DNA of 32,000 nucleotides from Crocosphaera subtropica ATCC 51142 (GCF_000017845.1 NC_010546.1:2610001-2642000); one strand, 5' to 3'; positions 16,615 through 26,996 are shown, counted from the stretch's first letter. Notes: generated by a model from the sequence alone, not told the origin. Translations and numbers: made by a program.

Positions 16615-17502
16615 ATGATTACGCAATCTCGACCCCAACCTGAACCCACTTGGTTAACCATTATTCGCCTATTAAGATGGGATAAACCAGCAGGGAGATT
16701 AATTTTAATGATTCCTGCATTGTGGGCTATTTTTTTAGCAGCAAGGGGAGTTCCTCCTTTACCCTTAATTGGCGTTATTATATTAGGAACTTTAGCCACC
16801 AGTGCAGCTGGATGTGTTATCAATGATCTCTGGGATAGAGATATTGATCCTCAAGTAGAAAGGACTAAAACACGACCTTTAGCTGATCGATCGCTATCCA
16901 TTAAAGTAGGCATTATTATCGCTTTCATTTCTCTTTTTTGTGCTGCAATTTTAGCCTTCTATCTCAATACATTAAGCTTTATCTTATGTGTTGCTGCTGT
17001 TCCTTTTATTGTCTGTTATCCCCTAGCTAAACGAGTCTTTCCCATTCCTCAATTAGTATTATCTTTAGCTTGGGGATTTGCTGTTTTAATTAGTTGGACT
17101 GCAGTAACAGGAGAATTAGAAAACGATACTTGGGTGTTATGGGGAATCACCGTCTTTTGGACATTAGGATTTGATACGGTTTATGCTATGTCTGATCGAG
17201 AAGATGATCAGAAAATAGGGGTTAATTCTAGTGCTTTATTCTTCGGTAAATATGCAGGGGAAGCAGTTGGAATCTTCTTTGCCATTACCGCCGGTTTATG
17301 GGCTTATTTAGGGGTTACAATGCACCTCAATTTAGGATTTTGGCTAACCTGGATCATTGCTTTAGTGGGTTGGATGATACAATATATCCGCTTAAGTTCT
17401 CCTGAAATTCCTCAACAAACCTATGGTCAAGTCTTTAGACAAAACGTTGTCATTGGCTTTATTTTATTAGGGGGAATTCTAGTTAGTATTGCTCTAAATT
17501 GA
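16615..17502 (+). CDS. ubiA: 4-hydroxybenzoate polyprenyl (solanesyl) transferase, UbiA family (plastoquinone pathway in cyanobacteria)
   Basis: 295 aa and polytopic. First Asp-rich motif NDLWDRDIDPQVERTKTRPLA; second motif YAMSDREDDQKIG. Confidence 0.9.
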   Translation: MITQSRPQPEPTWLTIIRLLRWDKPAGRLILMIPALWAIFLAARGVPPLPLIGVIILGTLATSAAGCVINDLWDRDIDPQVERTKTRPLADRSLSIKVGIIIAFISLFCAAILAFYLNTLSFILCVAAVPFIVCYPLAKRVFPIPQLVLSLAWGFAVLISWTAVTGELENDTWVLWGITVFWTLGFDTVYAMSDREDDQKIGVNSSALFFGKYAGEAVGIFFAITAGLWAYLGVTMHLNLGFWLTWIIALVGWMIQYIRLSSPEIPQQTYGQVFRQNVVIGFILLGGILVSIALN

Positions 17503-17514
17503 TGAATTACACTG

Positions 17515-18270
17515 ATGATGATTAACCCCAAAGAAATTTATGATTTATTAATCGATTATGGCCAAACCAATACCCCCATCGAAGAGGTTATAATTGGACT
17601 AACTTGGACACTGTGTAAAGCCCAAGGAATAGGGTTATGTATGAGTCCGGCTATTCCTACCCGTACCCTATCTTGGTCAGGAACCCTAGCTAATCAACCC
17701 ATCCAAGCAATATCATCATGGTTGCGATCATGGGATGCCTATCAAGCCACCGTAGCCATGGCTGCCATCAATGCCACCATTAACCATAATTCCCCCTTAC
17801 GGCAACAAGCGATCGCCCTTCCTGTGGCAACCTCGGCTAATTTATCCGTATTTGAGTATTTTCTTCCCCAACTCCAAGGAAAACAGGTGTCAGTCATTGG
17901 TCGCTATCCAGGGTTAAAAGAGTATGAACAACAGATGAATCTGAACGTCATTGAACTCAACCCCACCCCTGGAGACTTTCCGGCTACCGCCTCAGAATAT
18001 TTACTCCCTGAGTCTGACTGGGTATTTTTAACCGCCACATCTATTCCCAATAAAACCTTTCCCCGTCTTGTAGAATTGTCTAGAGATGCTACAGTAGTAT
18101 TAATGGGGCCTACCTTACCTTGGTTAGCAGAATTTGCTTATTTTGGTATCAATTATTTAGCTGGTGTCACCGTTAGTAATTCCACCGCCTTAAGACAAAC
18201 CGTTGCCGAAGGAGGTGGGGTAAGAATCTTTGAAACAGGGGTTCAATATCATTTGTTATCATTAAATTAA
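17515..18270 (+). CDS. DUF364/DUF4213 family protein (Rossmann-like, putative chelation domain)
   Basis: 251 aa. The C-terminal half (VSVIGRYPGL ... VIELNP.PGDFPA..SEYLLPESDWVFLTATSIPNKTFPRLVEL...ATVVLMGPTLPW......GINYLAGV.V......RQTVAEGGG) follows the DUF364 pattern as I remember it. It starts 12 nt after the ubiA stop. Confidence 0.6.
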   Translation: MMINPKEIYDLLIDYGQTNTPIEEVIIGLTWTLCKAQGIGLCMSPAIPTRTLSWSGTLANQPIQAISSWLRSWDAYQATVAMAAINATINHNSPLRQQAIALPVATSANLSVFEYFLPQLQGKQVSVIGRYPGLKEYEQQMNLNVIELNPTPGDFPATASEYLLPESDWVFLTATSIPNKTFPRLVELSRDATVVLMGPTLPWLAEFAYFGINYLAGVTVSNSTALRQTVAEGGGVRIFETGVQYHLLSLN

Positions 18271-18536
18271 GACCTTTTGGTAAGATAACTTAATAGTTTG
18301 GAAACTTAGATAAGACGTAGGTTTCAGTTCAGAAAAATATTGGCCTCTTTAAAGAGAAATTCATCACTTCATATAACTTTAAGTAATTTCCCATTCGTCT
18401 AGGTACAATTAAGTAATTTTGAGCTTAAAGGACTTTTCAAGAATAGTATAAATCCTGTTGTGGGTAATATACCCTTCATTTTAGGCTAAAGATAGTCAAT
18501 TGGTTGCCAACAACAGTAAAACGGTGCATATTTGCT

Positions 18537-19313
18537 ATGTATACCCCTACCAAAGAAAATGTCAAACTCGAAACCCTTAAATTGTTTCAAGAGTACCAAA
18601 AAACACCCAAAACCAAACTAAGAAATCAAATTTTAGAATTAAATTTTGGTTTAGTTCGTAAAGAAGCACATCATTGGGTTCATCAGTGTCCAGAAAGTTA
18701 CGAAGATTTAGTACAAGTCGGTAGTTTAGGTTTAATTCGCGCCATTGAACGGTTTAGTATTGACAAAGGTAACGCTTTCAGTTCCTTTGCCATTCCTTAT
18801 ATTCGAGGAGAAATTCAACATTATTTGCGGGATAAAAAATATACGGTTCGTATTCCCAGACGTTGGTTAGAATTGGGAAGGCAATCTATGAATGTACGGC
18901 AAGAATTTAGAGAAAAATTTAACCGTCAACCCACAGATTCAGAAATTGCTCAAGTCTTAGAAATTTCCTTAAAAGAATGGCAAGAAATTAAACTGGCTTT
19001 TCAAAATCGAGAACCAGTAAGTTTAGATGTTAAAGTCAGTAATGACGGAGAAGGACAAACTAGTTTAGGAGATTTAGTTCCCGATGCTAACTATCGTAGT
19101 TTTCAATTGGCACAAGAAGATCAAATTCGTCTCCAACAAGCATTAGAACAATTAGAAGAAAGAACCAGACATATTCTTGAATTTGTTTTCCTCAAAGACT
19201 TAACTCAAAGAGAAACAGCAGAACAATTAGGCATTAGTGTCGTTACCGTGTCTCGTCGGGTTAAAAAAGGATTAGAAGTGCTTAAAAAAAATATGAATAA
19301 AGAGTTATGCTAA
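18537..19313 (+). CDS. sigF: RNA polymerase sigma factor, group 3 (SigF-like)
   Basis: I prefer the ATG at 18537 (258 aa) over the TTG at 18504. Region 2 is GSLGLIRAIERF, FSSFAIPYIRGEIQHYLRD. The region 4.2 HTH is LTQRETAEQLGISVVTVSRRVKKGLEVLKK. There is no region 1.1 or long N-terminal extension, which is consistent with group 3. Confidence 0.8.
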   Translation: MYTPTKENVKLETLKLFQEYQKTPKTKLRNQILELNFGLVRKEAHHWVHQCPESYEDLVQVGSLGLIRAIERFSIDKGNAFSSFAIPYIRGEIQHYLRDKKYTVRIPRRWLELGRQSMNVRQEFREKFNRQPTDSEIAQVLEISLKEWQEIKLAFQNREPVSLDVKVSNDGEGQTSLGDLVPDANYRSFQLAQEDQIRLQQALEQLEERTRHILEFVFLKDLTQRETAEQLGISVVTVSRRVKKGLEVLKKNMNKELC

Positions 19314-19576
19314 GTAACTAGAAAAATTATAAAATCGATATTCTATCAGTTAATCAGTAGGAAGATTAATTGATACCCACTCCAACTCTCATAAGCTACT
19401 AATGGAGGTAGGCAAGAGGCAACAGGGATCTTAGTTGAGTTCACTTTCAAAAGCGGATTTAGTATCATTAGCCTTTGGCTTTACCTAAAAAAATATCTAA
19501 TTAAAACTCAAAAAAAATTGATTGCTTGTGTAGATCATAATCCTCAACAAAATTCTCATAAAAGTAGGCGACAATA

Positions 19577-22500
19577 ATGTCCCAAGTTTATTTACCCGCT
19601 ATTGAAAAAACAGCCTCTGATCTTAGCATTGACTGGAACAAAGTCGGTCGGTTGATGCTGAAGTATTGCTTACCCCTTAATCCCATGAGTACCCAACCTA
19701 ATGACAAGGTAACAAATGGGAATAACTTACATATCAACTTAGATTGCATTCAGAGTCCTCATGGGATACACAGTGATTCAAAGTATTTTGCCAGAAAATC
19801 CTCCCGATTCAAATCTCTGAAATTTCAACAATTCAATGGAACTAATAATCAAACAGAATCATTGTTCAAACAAATTTGTTGTTTAGATAAAGGTCAACGA
19901 CGGAACATTGCCATTATTGGTGAATCAGGAACAGGCAAAAGTTTGTGTTTACAAACCATTGCTCATTGGATGCTAGACAAAACTCACTATATACCTATTT
20001 GGGTGTCTCCTGAGCAACTCATCAGCATTACCCTTGAAGACTATTTAAAGGATAGATGGTTGACTCAATGCTCCAAGCATTATTCAACAAAAGAGAAACT
20101 TTCACTTGAATTCTGGCAAGCATCCTTTGAAGCCCTATTAAATACTGGTAGAGTTTGGTTATTGATCGATGGGATTGATTACTTTTGCTCTCAATCTATC
20201 AACAATGGAAGTCAGTCTCCCCTAACTCCCTTGATACAAGAGCGACAAGACTCTATAGATCACTGCCATCTAATCCTCACCTGCCAAACCGTGACCTGGA
20301 AAATGCAACCGCAATCTTTAGCCAAATTTGACATTTATCAAACAAAATCCCTGGCCAATCAAACTGAAATCCAGCAATTTGTTCAACAATGGTTTGTTTC
20401 CTCTTCACCCCAAGCCAAAAAACCAGACAGTGAGGGAACATTAGGAGAACAATTGTCCTCTTTGTTAAGCAAACCCCACAACCAACATCTTCAACAATGC
20501 CTAAAGAATCCCTTGCGGTTATCCTTGCTCTGTCGTTGGTGGCAAAAAAATCCTCAAACCTTACCCCAAACGAGAACAACACTTTATCAGGTTTTGGTTG
20601 ATGAATTTTATCAATGGCAAGCAGAAACCACCAATATTAGCCCCCAAAAACAACAACAGTTAAATCAATTTTTAACTGACTTAGGCTGGAATCATCGACA
20701 AACGGGAGATCCTTCTGCGCCCATTTCCCAAGCCATGATTGAAGGGAATCAGTCGTTACTTTCTCTAAGTTTACAACTCCATTGGTTAAGACCAGTAAGG
20801 ATGGCCACTCAACAAGAAAAAGAGAATCAGTACCAATTTGAGGATCATACGTTTGAAGATTATTTCGCTGCTTTAGCCATCGATGATGGGCAATTTTTTC
20901 TCAACGCAGAGACTACAACCCTAAAACTATTTAGTGACCAATGGCAACAAATATTGCTATTTTGGTTAGGACGCAAGGATATTGGTTCAGAAAAAAAAGA
21001 AGCCTTGATGCAAGCTTTAGTTAGTTTTGAAGATGAATGCGGTCAAGAAAATTTTTATGGATTTAGGGCTTATTTAACCGCAGCCATGGCCTTATCGGAA
21101 TTTCCCGATTGTTCTTTAGCAGAACCTATCATCAAACAATTGTTGGCATGGGGGTTAGCAGACACCGATTCCTCAAACTTACGCACTTTAGCAGCGAGAG
21201 AGTCCCTTGGTGGTCTTTATCGTCCTCTGGTCATGACGAATCTCATTAATCTGATTACCCAGGATTTACCACCATCACTGCAGCGACAAGGATTATACTA
21301 TATCCAACGCTTAGGACAGGGGAATGCCGAAGCGATCGCCGTTTTAACTCAATGCCTCGAAAACACAGACGATCCAATCTTCCGTTGGCAACTGGCTCAA
21401 ACCCTAGGAACCATAGATCCAGGGAATCCTACTGCCATTAGCATTATAGTTGAAGTGTTAGAAACCGCTAACAGTGAACAAGACTACCAAAAAGCTTTTT
21501 TAGGATTAGAAAAAATTGCCCAAGGAGAGGCACAAGGAGTTAAAGCCTTAGTTCGTCTATTACATCGTCAACCGGCCCCTAATTTAAGGCGACGTACCTT
21601 TCAATGTTTAGAAATGGTCAGTCAGGGCAATGCAACAGCCATCGCTATTTTAGTGCAACTAATTCGTACAACCAAAGACGAAACCACCAGACGACAAGCA
21701 GCCGAAAGTTTAGAAAAAATTGACCCAGGAAATCCCACAGCGATCGCTGGTTTAATTAAATTAATGGAGACAGCAAGCACCCACAGTATTCGTCAAGAAG
21801 TGGTTTATAGCTTGGGAGAAGTCTGTCCAGGAAACAGTCAAGCGATCGCTGCTTTAGTCCGTCTTCTTCAAGACAATGAAGATATTTATCTTCGTTGGAT
21901 TGCCATTAGTAGTCTAGGGAAAATTGCATCGGGTAATGGAGAAGCCATCGCTATTTTAGAAAAATTAATTAACCCAGACGAACCCTTGTTAATTCGCAAA
22001 GAGGCCTTAGATAGTTTAGGAAAAATCGATCCCACTAATCCTGTCATCGTTAAAGTGTCTATACAATTAATGGAAGAAGTAGAAGATGAAGAAATCTATC
22101 GAGAAATCGCAGAAAATTTAGGCAAAATTGATCCCGGAAATCCTACCGCAATTAATGCTTTAACTAAACTGTTACAAATATCAAGAGATCAATTTGTGTT
22201 ACGTCAAGTTGCTGTTAGTTTGGGCAAGATTGATCCCGGTAATTTAGAAGCTTTGATGGTTTTAGTCAATCTCATTCAATCAACTCGTGATCCTGATATT
22301 CGTAGTTTAGCAGCAGAAAGTTTAGGAGATATTGGGCAAGGCAATCCCGCAGCGATCGCTACCTTAATTAGACTATTAGAAACCAGTTCACACCTAGAAA
22401 GTCGTCGTTGTGCAGCTAAAAGTTTAAGTAAAATAGCTGTGGGCAATAAAGGGGCGATCGCTGCTTTTCTCAGAGTGTTGCCCACCATAAAGGATCAATA

Positions 22501-23182
22501 TTTAGGAAAACAACTTGCCGAGGGTTTAATTACCATTTTACCCCCCAAACAAATGTCTCAAGTGGTGACTCAATTAAGAGATCATCTTCTAGAAAAATCA
22601 TTACCAGAAGACTCCCCCTGTTATCAAGTAATCTGGCACTGCGCTCAATCTTTATCCTATCAAACATTTACCGAAGCCTGGCATCAACGTAGCTTACCGA
22701 TAAAACTTTCCTTATCCTCTCCAATCCCTGAACCTAAGATACCAGAAACTCTGACCCCATTGGAGAGGTTACAACAACACCTAAAAGATCATGTTCATTC
22801 AGAGACTAGTCACATCATCTGGATCGAAAGTAATCGCTTTATTGATTCGGACAATCCTTCTATTGATATTTATGATCAAATGTTAGAACAAGACTGTCCA
22901 CCATTTGATCATGGTTTACCAGAAACCCTCTCTAAACTCCGTCTGTATTGGCATTTATTGCAAAGAAAGTCCCCTAAAAGCCCCCTGGTGTTGTTATTCT
23001 ATGATGAAGCTGATGATAGTGCTAATGCTAATTTATCGCTTCATCTTTTAAACAGCTTAGGGAAGTTTAAGGGAATGATTGGTGTTATTACCAGACAAGA
23101 ATTATCAGGATTATCTATCTTTTCTCCCGATGATCCCCAGTTAGGGCAAACCCTTTTAACCTGGATCACTGAAAAACTATAA
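19577..23182 (+). CDS. STAND NTPase (NACHT-like P-loop) with 12 C-terminal HEAT-like repeats and uncharacterised N- and C-terminal regions
   Basis: 1201 aa. Walker A is [12 protein letters not shown] (aa 111-122). Walker B is [10 protein letters not shown] (aa 193-202). A helical/WH-like region follows, then HEAT/PBS-lyase-type repeats (aa 582-989), then a non-repetitive tail of about 210 aa. Confidence 0.8.
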   Translation: MSQVYLPAIEKTASDLSIDWNKVGRLMLKYCLPLNPMSTQPNDKVTNGNNLHINLDCIQSPHGIHSDSKYFARKSSRFKSLKFQQFNGTNNQTESLFKQICCLDKGQRRNIAIIGESGTGKSLCLQTIAHWMLDKTHYIPIWVSPEQLISITLEDYLKDRWLTQCSKHYSTKEKLSLEFWQASFEALLNTGRVWLLIDGIDYFCSQSINNGSQSPLTPLIQERQDSIDHCHLILTCQTVTWKMQPQSLAKFDIYQTKSLANQTEIQQFVQQWFVSSSPQAKKPDSEGTLGEQLSSLLSKPHNQHLQQCLKNPLRLSLLCRWWQKNPQTLPQTRTTLYQVLVDEFYQWQAETTNISPQKQQQLNQFLTDLGWNHRQTGDPSAPISQAMIEGNQSLLSLSLQLHWLRPVRMATQQEKENQYQFEDHTFEDYFAALAIDDGQFFLNAETTTLKLFSDQWQQILLFWLGRKDIGSEKKEALMQALVSFEDECGQENFYGFRAYLTAAMALSEFPDCSLAEPIIKQLLAWGLADTDSSNLRTLAARESLGGLYRPLVMTNLINLITQDLPPSLQRQGLYYIQRLGQGNAEAIAVLTQCLENTDDPIFRWQLAQTLGTIDPGNPTAISIIVEVLETANSEQDYQKAFLGLEKIAQGEAQGVKALVRLLHRQPAPNLRRRTFQCLEMVSQGNATAIAILVQLIRTTKDETTRRQAAESLEKIDPGNPTAIAGLIKLMETASTHSIRQEVVYSLGEVCPGNSQAIAALVRLLQDNEDIYLRWIAISSLGKIASGNGEAIAILEKLINPDEPLLIRKEALDSLGKIDPTNPVIVKVSIQLMEEVEDEEIYREIAENLGKIDPGNPTAINALTKLLQISRDQFVLRQVAVSLGKIDPGNLEALMVLVNLIQSTRDPDIRSLAAESLGDIGQGNPAAIATLIRLLETSSHLESRRCAAKSLSKIAVGNKGAIAAFLRVLPTIKDQYLGKQLAEGLITILPPKQMSQVVTQLRDHLLEKSLPEDSPCYQVIWHCAQSLSYQTFTEAWHQRSLPIKLSLSSPIPEPKIPETLTPLERLQQHLKDHVHSETSHIIWIESNRFIDSDNPSIDIYDQMLEQDCPPFDHGLPETLSKLRLYWHLLQRKSPKSPLVLLFYDEADDSANANLSLHLLNSLGKFKGMIGVITRQELSGLSIFSPDDPQLGQTLLTWITEKL
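21320..22543 (+). repeat. Array of 12 tandem 102-nt (34-aa) HEAT-like coding repeats inside the STAND gene
   Basis: The units start at 21320 + 102k (k = 0-11). The consensus is GN(P/x)xAIAxLhxLLxxxxDxxhRxxAAxSLGKIDP. The units have diverged at the nucleotide level, so they are not recent duplicates. Confidence 0.85.
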
Positions 23183-24340
23183 CAGACCGACATAGTGTAA
23201 CGGTCCGTAACCCGTAATTAACTCGATCAGCAACGCTAAGAACCCGATCATCGCTAGTCTTCCATTCCAAACCTCAGCCGCCGTTGTCATTCCCCACTGC
23301 CAACGTTCTTGAGGATACATTTTCATGTTTTCCTTAGGATGGGTAACACAGTCAAAGGTAACAGGAGATGCCTGTAGGGAATGGGTAACTAGGTCTGCTA
23401 AGGCATTAATAAACAGGGGATGGGTATTCAAGGCTGGAACCCTTAGAAAATTGGTGATTCCTGCTTCTTCTGCGACTTCACGGTATTCGATATCAATTTC
23501 TTGTAAGGTTTCGATGTGTTCTGAGACGAAACTAATGGGAACCACTAATAAATCTTTAACTCCTTGTTCTCCCAGTTCTTGTAATGCTTCTTCCGTATAA
23601 GGTTTTAACCATTCCACCGGACCAACTCGACTTTGATAAGCGAGGGTGTAAGCGTTGGGACGGTTCAAGGTTTTCATGATTAAACGGGTACAAGCTTCAA
23701 TTTCTGCTTGATAGGGATCGCCCGCTTCTTCGACATAGCTTTGGGGAACCCCGTGGGCACTAAAAAAGATATGAATTTGATCAGGGTTAGCACATTTATC
23801 TAATTCTTGGGCAATGAGATCAGCCATTGCTTCTAAATAAAGAGGATGATCATACCAAGAAGGGATTAAGGTATATTCAATCTGTCTTAACATCGGATCA
23901 GCTTCCCACATTTCTTCGAGTACCCGAAAACTTGAGCCACTGGTACTGATAGAAAATTGAGGATAGAGGGGAAGAATGACTAATTTGCGGAGGCGATCGC
24001 GTTTGATACGGGCAATGGCTTCTTCGGTGAAGGGATACCAATAGCGCATACCGATATAGATATCAGCTTCTTGACCAATTTCAGCCAGTCTCTGTTCGAG
24101 AGCTTCTCCTTGGGCTTCTGTTATCTTTCTTAAGGGTGAACCTCCCCCAATTTGGCGATAATTTTCCTGAGATGTATTGGTTCTGGCCGTAGAGATAAAC
24201 CAAGCTAACGGTTTTTGTAGCCAAGGAAAAGGTAATCGGATAATTTCTGGATCAGAAAATAGATTAAACAGGAAAGGGCGAACATCTTGTAATTGTTCTG
24301 GACCCCCTAAATTTAGTAATAAGACCCCAACGCGATCCAT
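23177..24340 (-). CDS. hemH: Ferrochelatase with C-terminal CAB (chlorophyll a/b-binding-like) helix
   Basis: I prefer the start at 24340 ([37 protein letters not shown]), giving 387 aa, because the upstream 26 codons are AT-rich and look non-conserved. The C-terminus [23 protein letters not shown] is the CAB motif typical of cyanobacterial and plastid type II ferrochelatase. Confidence 0.95.
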   Translation of the reverse strand: MDRVGVLLLNLGGPEQLQDVRPFLFNLFSDPEIIRLPFPWLQKPLAWFISTARTNTSQENYRQIGGGSPLRKITEAQGEALEQRLAEIGQEADIYIGMRYWYPFTEEAIARIKRDRLRKLVILPLYPQFSISTSGSSFRVLEEMWEADPMLRQIEYTLIPSWYDHPLYLEAMADLIAQELDKCANPDQIHIFFSAHGVPQSYVEEAGDPYQAEIEACTRLIMKTLNRPNAYTLAYQSRVGPVEWLKPYTEEALQELGEQGVKDLLVVPISFVSEHIETLQEIDIEYREVAEEAGITNFLRVPALNTHPLFINALADLVTHSLQASPVTFDCVTHPKENMKMYPQERWQWGMTTAAEVWNGRLAMIGFLALLIELITGYGPLHYVGLL

Positions 24341-24851
24341 AATTTTATATAGATAGTTAACATTTTTCGATTCTTTACTAAGTGTAACAATATTTGAACC
24401 GCTAATAACAGTTTTCAATTGGATGTATCCATACTCCGATCAGTTTAGATGTGAGTTCCGTGTTAGGAGTTCGGAGTGCGACTACGTCGTGCTACGCAAC
24501 GGAGTTATAATTTTTTAACGAGGGAATCAGAGTTTGAGACTTCTTGTTGGTTGTCAGTTTTCCATAGATTCTCTTCCGTCGAACTCAGGTAGTTCAGAGA
24601 CTGTTGGCGGAGTGGAGAGACTGATAAGTCTTCCATATGACAATTACGCTAAAAAATCTGAGTATCGAGCTTCAGCAAGGGAAACTAATAGCAGTTTTCA
24701 ATCGAAGGTGCAAGATATGAGGTTTATAAACTCTTTCTCCCTACTCCCTTCGCTTCACTTTGACTAGGCTCAGTGTAAACCTGGTTCCATGCAGTCCCAA
24801 CTAGCAATTTGAATAATTAACAGTTTTTGTGACTTTCATATGAGTATTTGC

Positions 24852-26105
24852 TTATCTCAGTAAGAATAATAGAGTTTGAAAGACCCCAACTAAAAATCCT
24901 AGAATTCCCCCTAAATTAACAATAGCTTGTAATTCACTTTTTACAATACCTTGAACTGCCATTTCCAAGTTTTGGGGAGAGGTGGCATTAACTCGATCAA
25001 TAATAACTTTATCAATAGATAAAATGGGAATCGCTTGAGCTACAATTTTTTCTAAATCTTCTTCTAAATACCTTTCTAAGATGAGTGCCAATTCTTCGCT
25101 AATTGTTTCTAAAGATGTGGTTAATGCTGCTGAATTTTGCAGTCGATTAATAATTAAGATAGATAATTGTTCCCAATCAACAGTTTTACCAAAATCTTGA
25201 ATAAATTTTTCACCACTTTGCTGAACGTAAAGTTGTACCGTTTCACGAGTTGTTTTTCGCAGTTGTCTAACAGTAGAAACAGGTAAATTTTGTAAAGAAA
25301 GACTCTGTAACCATTCTCTTAAGCGACTGCGAACTTCTAAGGATAACAAGATTTCTTTTAATCTAGTATTAGCGACTTCTTTTTCTTCTAAACAAAAGCT
25401 TCTTAATCTTAATAACGTATTACGAACTCCGAATAAATTAGCGACAACCCAATAAGTTCCACTCGTTTTTTCTCTAACGCCTTCATCAATCACCTGGATA
25501 TTTCTTTCTGTGAGAAAATCCACTAATGCTTGTCGTAAAATATCGGGAGGAAGAACCCCTTCTAATAACCAATCGGCAAACTGTCTAGCTTGGGTATCCG
25601 TTAGTTTAAAATCTAAAAGAATTTGATCAAAAATCTGATTGATTTGACCTTCTAAAAAATCTTGACGACGGGCCAAAGCTTTTAAAAGTCGAGGTAAGGA
25701 TTCACTAAATAAATCTTCTAAAATACCTGATAAAATTTTAGCAGTTTTCTGTTGTTTGTCAGATTTAACTTGCTTAAGTGCTAGGTTTAACAACCATAAA
25801 ATAGCTCCTTTGACTCGTTCAGTTTTTAATAAACGTTTCGCTAATTTTTGTAATTCTTCTGGGGTTAATAATGACCCCATAATAGTATCAGAAACTTTTT
25901 GGGCAAGTCTTTCTTGATTTCGGGGAATTAAACCGGGGGTAAAGGGTAAACGACGTTTACCAATATAAATGGCTTTATAGGGGCGAAATAACATATTGAT
26001 AGCAATATCGTTGGTAAAATAACCAATAATCGATCCTGCTATGGGAGGAATTACAATAGTAGAAATTAGAGATAAATCAATAGAAGAAATGTCTAACAAA
26101 ATCAT
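24852..26105 (-). CDS. DUF445 family membrane protein
   Basis: 417 aa. It has an N-terminal TM segment followed by [18 protein letters not shown]....[23 protein letters not shown], and a C-terminal TM segment ([19 protein letters not shown]). This is the typical DUF445 layout. Confidence 0.7.
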
Positions 26106-26207
26106 GATAAATAATCAATTAGTCAAACTCGTTGTTAAGAGTTATCAGCTATTAAAAATTTAGGATTTAGAATTAATTTTACGTTCTATATTCTACATTT
26201 TACATTC

Positions 26208-26954
26208 TTAGTTCGGTTCATTGTTTACTGTTTTTGTTGCCACTAAAATCCCCATCATTCCGCCGGCAATGGGATAATGGATAACAGGTTTGAACCCTAC
26301 TTCCTGGGCTAATTTAACTTGTTCTGTTCCGACGGGAAACCGTTCTAAACTGGGCATAATGTAGGCGTATTCATCCTTTAATCCATACTGTTGTGCCAGG
26401 GGAACCACTAAATGATCAAGATACCATTTTTGCAAAGTTTGTTGCCAAGATTGGGAAGGACGATGAAAGTCCAAAATTGCAACTTTAGCCTTGGGTTTCA
26501 AGACACGATGTAATTCTTGCAAACAACGACCTATATCCGTGACATTTCGCAACCCATAGCCCATAGTGGCACAATCAAAAATGTTATCTTCAAAGGGGAG
26601 GTTTAAGGCATCTCCTTGTACCCATTCTAAGGGTAGACAGGGATAGTCATCATAGGCTCGTTGGGCTGCGATCGCTAATAATGCTTGAGAAAAATCTAAT
26701 CCGATCACTTTTCCTGTTTTTCCAACTTTTCGAGCTAATAATTGACTTAAATCACCACTCCCACAGCACACATCTAAGCCAATATCCCCTTGCTTAGATT
26801 CAGTCCAGTTTACGGCCATTTGCTTCCAAACCCGATGTTGCCCAAAGCTTAACCAGTGATTAAAATCATCATAAACGGGAGCAATGCGATCAAAAATTTT
26901 TTGAATATCTGTGGCGGAATGCCAATTATTATCACTCATAAAGTCGTTGTACAT
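26208..26954 (-). CDS. menG: Demethylphylloquinone/demethylmenaquinone methyltransferase (UbiE/MenG family)
   Basis: 248 aa. UbiE signature IFDRIAPVYDDFNHWLSFGQHRVWK and SAM motif I GLDVCCGSGDL. The true start may be the second Met (MSDNNW, at 26939). Confidence 0.85.
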   Translation of the reverse strand: MYNDFMSDNNWHSATDIQKIFDRIAPVYDDFNHWLSFGQHRVWKQMAVNWTESKQGDIGLDVCCGSGDLSQLLARKVGKTGKVIGLDFSQALLAIAAQRAYDDYPCLPLEWVQGDALNLPFEDNIFDCATMGYGLRNVTDIGRCLQELHRVLKPKAKVAILDFHRPSQSWQQTLQKWYLDHLVVPLAQQYGLKDEYAYIMPSLERFPVGTEQVKLAQEVGFKPVIHYPIAGGMMGILVATKTVNNEPN

Positions 26955-26996
26955 AACATCAATCTCTATTTTGACCGAAATTTTCCCCTTTATATG

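Noticed and set aside
24621-24628. ctgataag, resembling the hammerhead ribozyme CUGAUGA core
   Set aside because: The essential G8 is an A here, and I could not find flanking helices or a correctly placed GAAA element. It is most likely a chance match.
24534-24767. 77-aa ORF (TTG start) in the hemH upstream spacer
   Set aside because: It has no RBS or motif, and it runs through repeat-like GC-rich patches. I treat the region as non-coding (see the finding on 24341-24851).
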